Origin: a virus
Taxonomy: Duplodnaviria; Heunggongvirae; Uroviricota; Caudoviricetes
Length of the DNA stretch: 64,000 nt
Strand: one strand, 5' to 3'
Virus record (IMG/VR): IMGVR_UViG_3300028666_000001
Location: 64,001 to 128,000 of that record
The notes under the pieces are model-generated. The model was not told the origin of the DNA, ran no database searches, and worked only from the letters and a program-made list of their open reading frames with translations. Of this stretch, positions 63,475-64,000 are shown one piece after another. Each line of letters starts with the position of its first letter. Position 1 is the first letter of the stretch. A program made the translations under genes and the position numbers.

Positions 63475-63957
63475 ATGCCCCCATCAACTCCTGTAGCTTT
63501 ATCTATTTGTGTATTACAATTTATTAGGCAGATTCTTTGTAATAACCCAATTCTTAAATCTACCTTTAAAACTTTTTTGAATAGCCAGATATTGTTAGCT
63601 GATGCTCAGATTGCTTTATTGGGATCTCAATTAGCAAGACTTGATATTTTGAATTCATTTGCTCAGCTTGAAATTAATACATTAGCTGCTGTACAGAATA
63701 AGATTCAAGCTGATCTTAATGTAGTCTTAGGTCCAATGCAGACTTATGCTACTTGTCCTACTATAAGTCAATTTATTGCTCAGGCAGAAAGCGGTGCAAC
63801 TATTAAAGCTTTAGCAGGACTTCAAAATCTTATCTATACATATAATAGAAGAGCTTATGTTGCGACAGCAATTTCAAATCAAGTAAAACAGTTACAGAAT
63901 TTTGTGAATACAGCCCAATCATTTTTAAATCTTATTGATCAAGTTTGTAATTCTTAA
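63475..63957 (+). CDS. Helical hypothetical protein of the baseplate region
   Basis: 160-aa ORF following the spike gene. Confidence 0.6.
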   Translation: MPPSTPVALSICVLQFIRQILCNNPILKSTFKTFLNSQILLADAQIALLGSQLARLDILNSFAQLEINTLAAVQNKIQADLNVVLGPMQTYATCPTISQFIAQAESGATIKALAGLQNLIYTYNRRAYVATAISNQVKQLQNFVNTAQSFLNLIDQVCNS

Positions 63958-63967
63958 GGAGAGTTAA

Positions 63968-64000
63968 GTGAGCGATTTAGAACTTTCAACAAAAAATCAA
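63968..64000 (+). CDS. Start of the next gene (possibly gp25-like baseplate wedge), truncated by the window edge
   Basis: AAGGAG then GTG AGC GAT TTA GAA CTT (MSDLEL...), open to the end of the window. Confidence 0.4.
   Translation, partial: MSDLELSTKNQ

Noticed and set aside
1-64000. Minus-strand and nested alternative-frame ORFs in the track (for example 10712-11185, 19343-19720, 48537-49028)
   Set aside because: They overlap long + strand genes with coherent motifs, lack RBS and recognisable domains, and mirror codon periodicity.
1-64000. Stop-codon reassignment, seen in some large phages
   Set aside because: Genes up to 2000 aa are uninterrupted in the standard code, and TAG and TGA both end credible genes (10491, 18418; 2637).

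Overview
This 64 kb window is the virion-morphogenesis region of a large, AT-rich, contractile-tailed (myovirus-like) bacteriophage. All credible genes are on the + strand and read in the standard genetic code. From left to right: (1) very large multi-domain, probably head-associated proteins interspersed with small Zn-finger genes, deoC and an HNH gene; (2) terminase large subunit, portal, a MuF-like protein, a 1057-aa protease/scaffold, a decoration protein and the major capsid protein; (3) three tRNAs with two candidate structured RNAs; (4) about 22 kb of fibre, adhesin and neck genes; (5) tail terminator, sheath, tube, a frameshifted chaperone pair, tape measure and baseplate genes. Main observations: (a) giant ORFs that look like polyproteins, with nucleotidyltransferase, HAD, Acb1-like 2H phosphoesterase, ART-like and a 7-copy uncharacterised domain separated by a recurring K-x-A(S/A/G/F) linker that also occurs in the protease and portal; (b) an intact ice-binding-type (DUF3494) domain inserted in the tail sheath, plus a second copy in another gene; (c) a 30-bp element identical in three copies in front of late gene blocks; (d) a densely paired ~300-nt non-coding region in the tRNA cluster. 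All product calls come from motif recognition by eye. No database search or folding program was run, and domain boundaries marked ~ are approximate.
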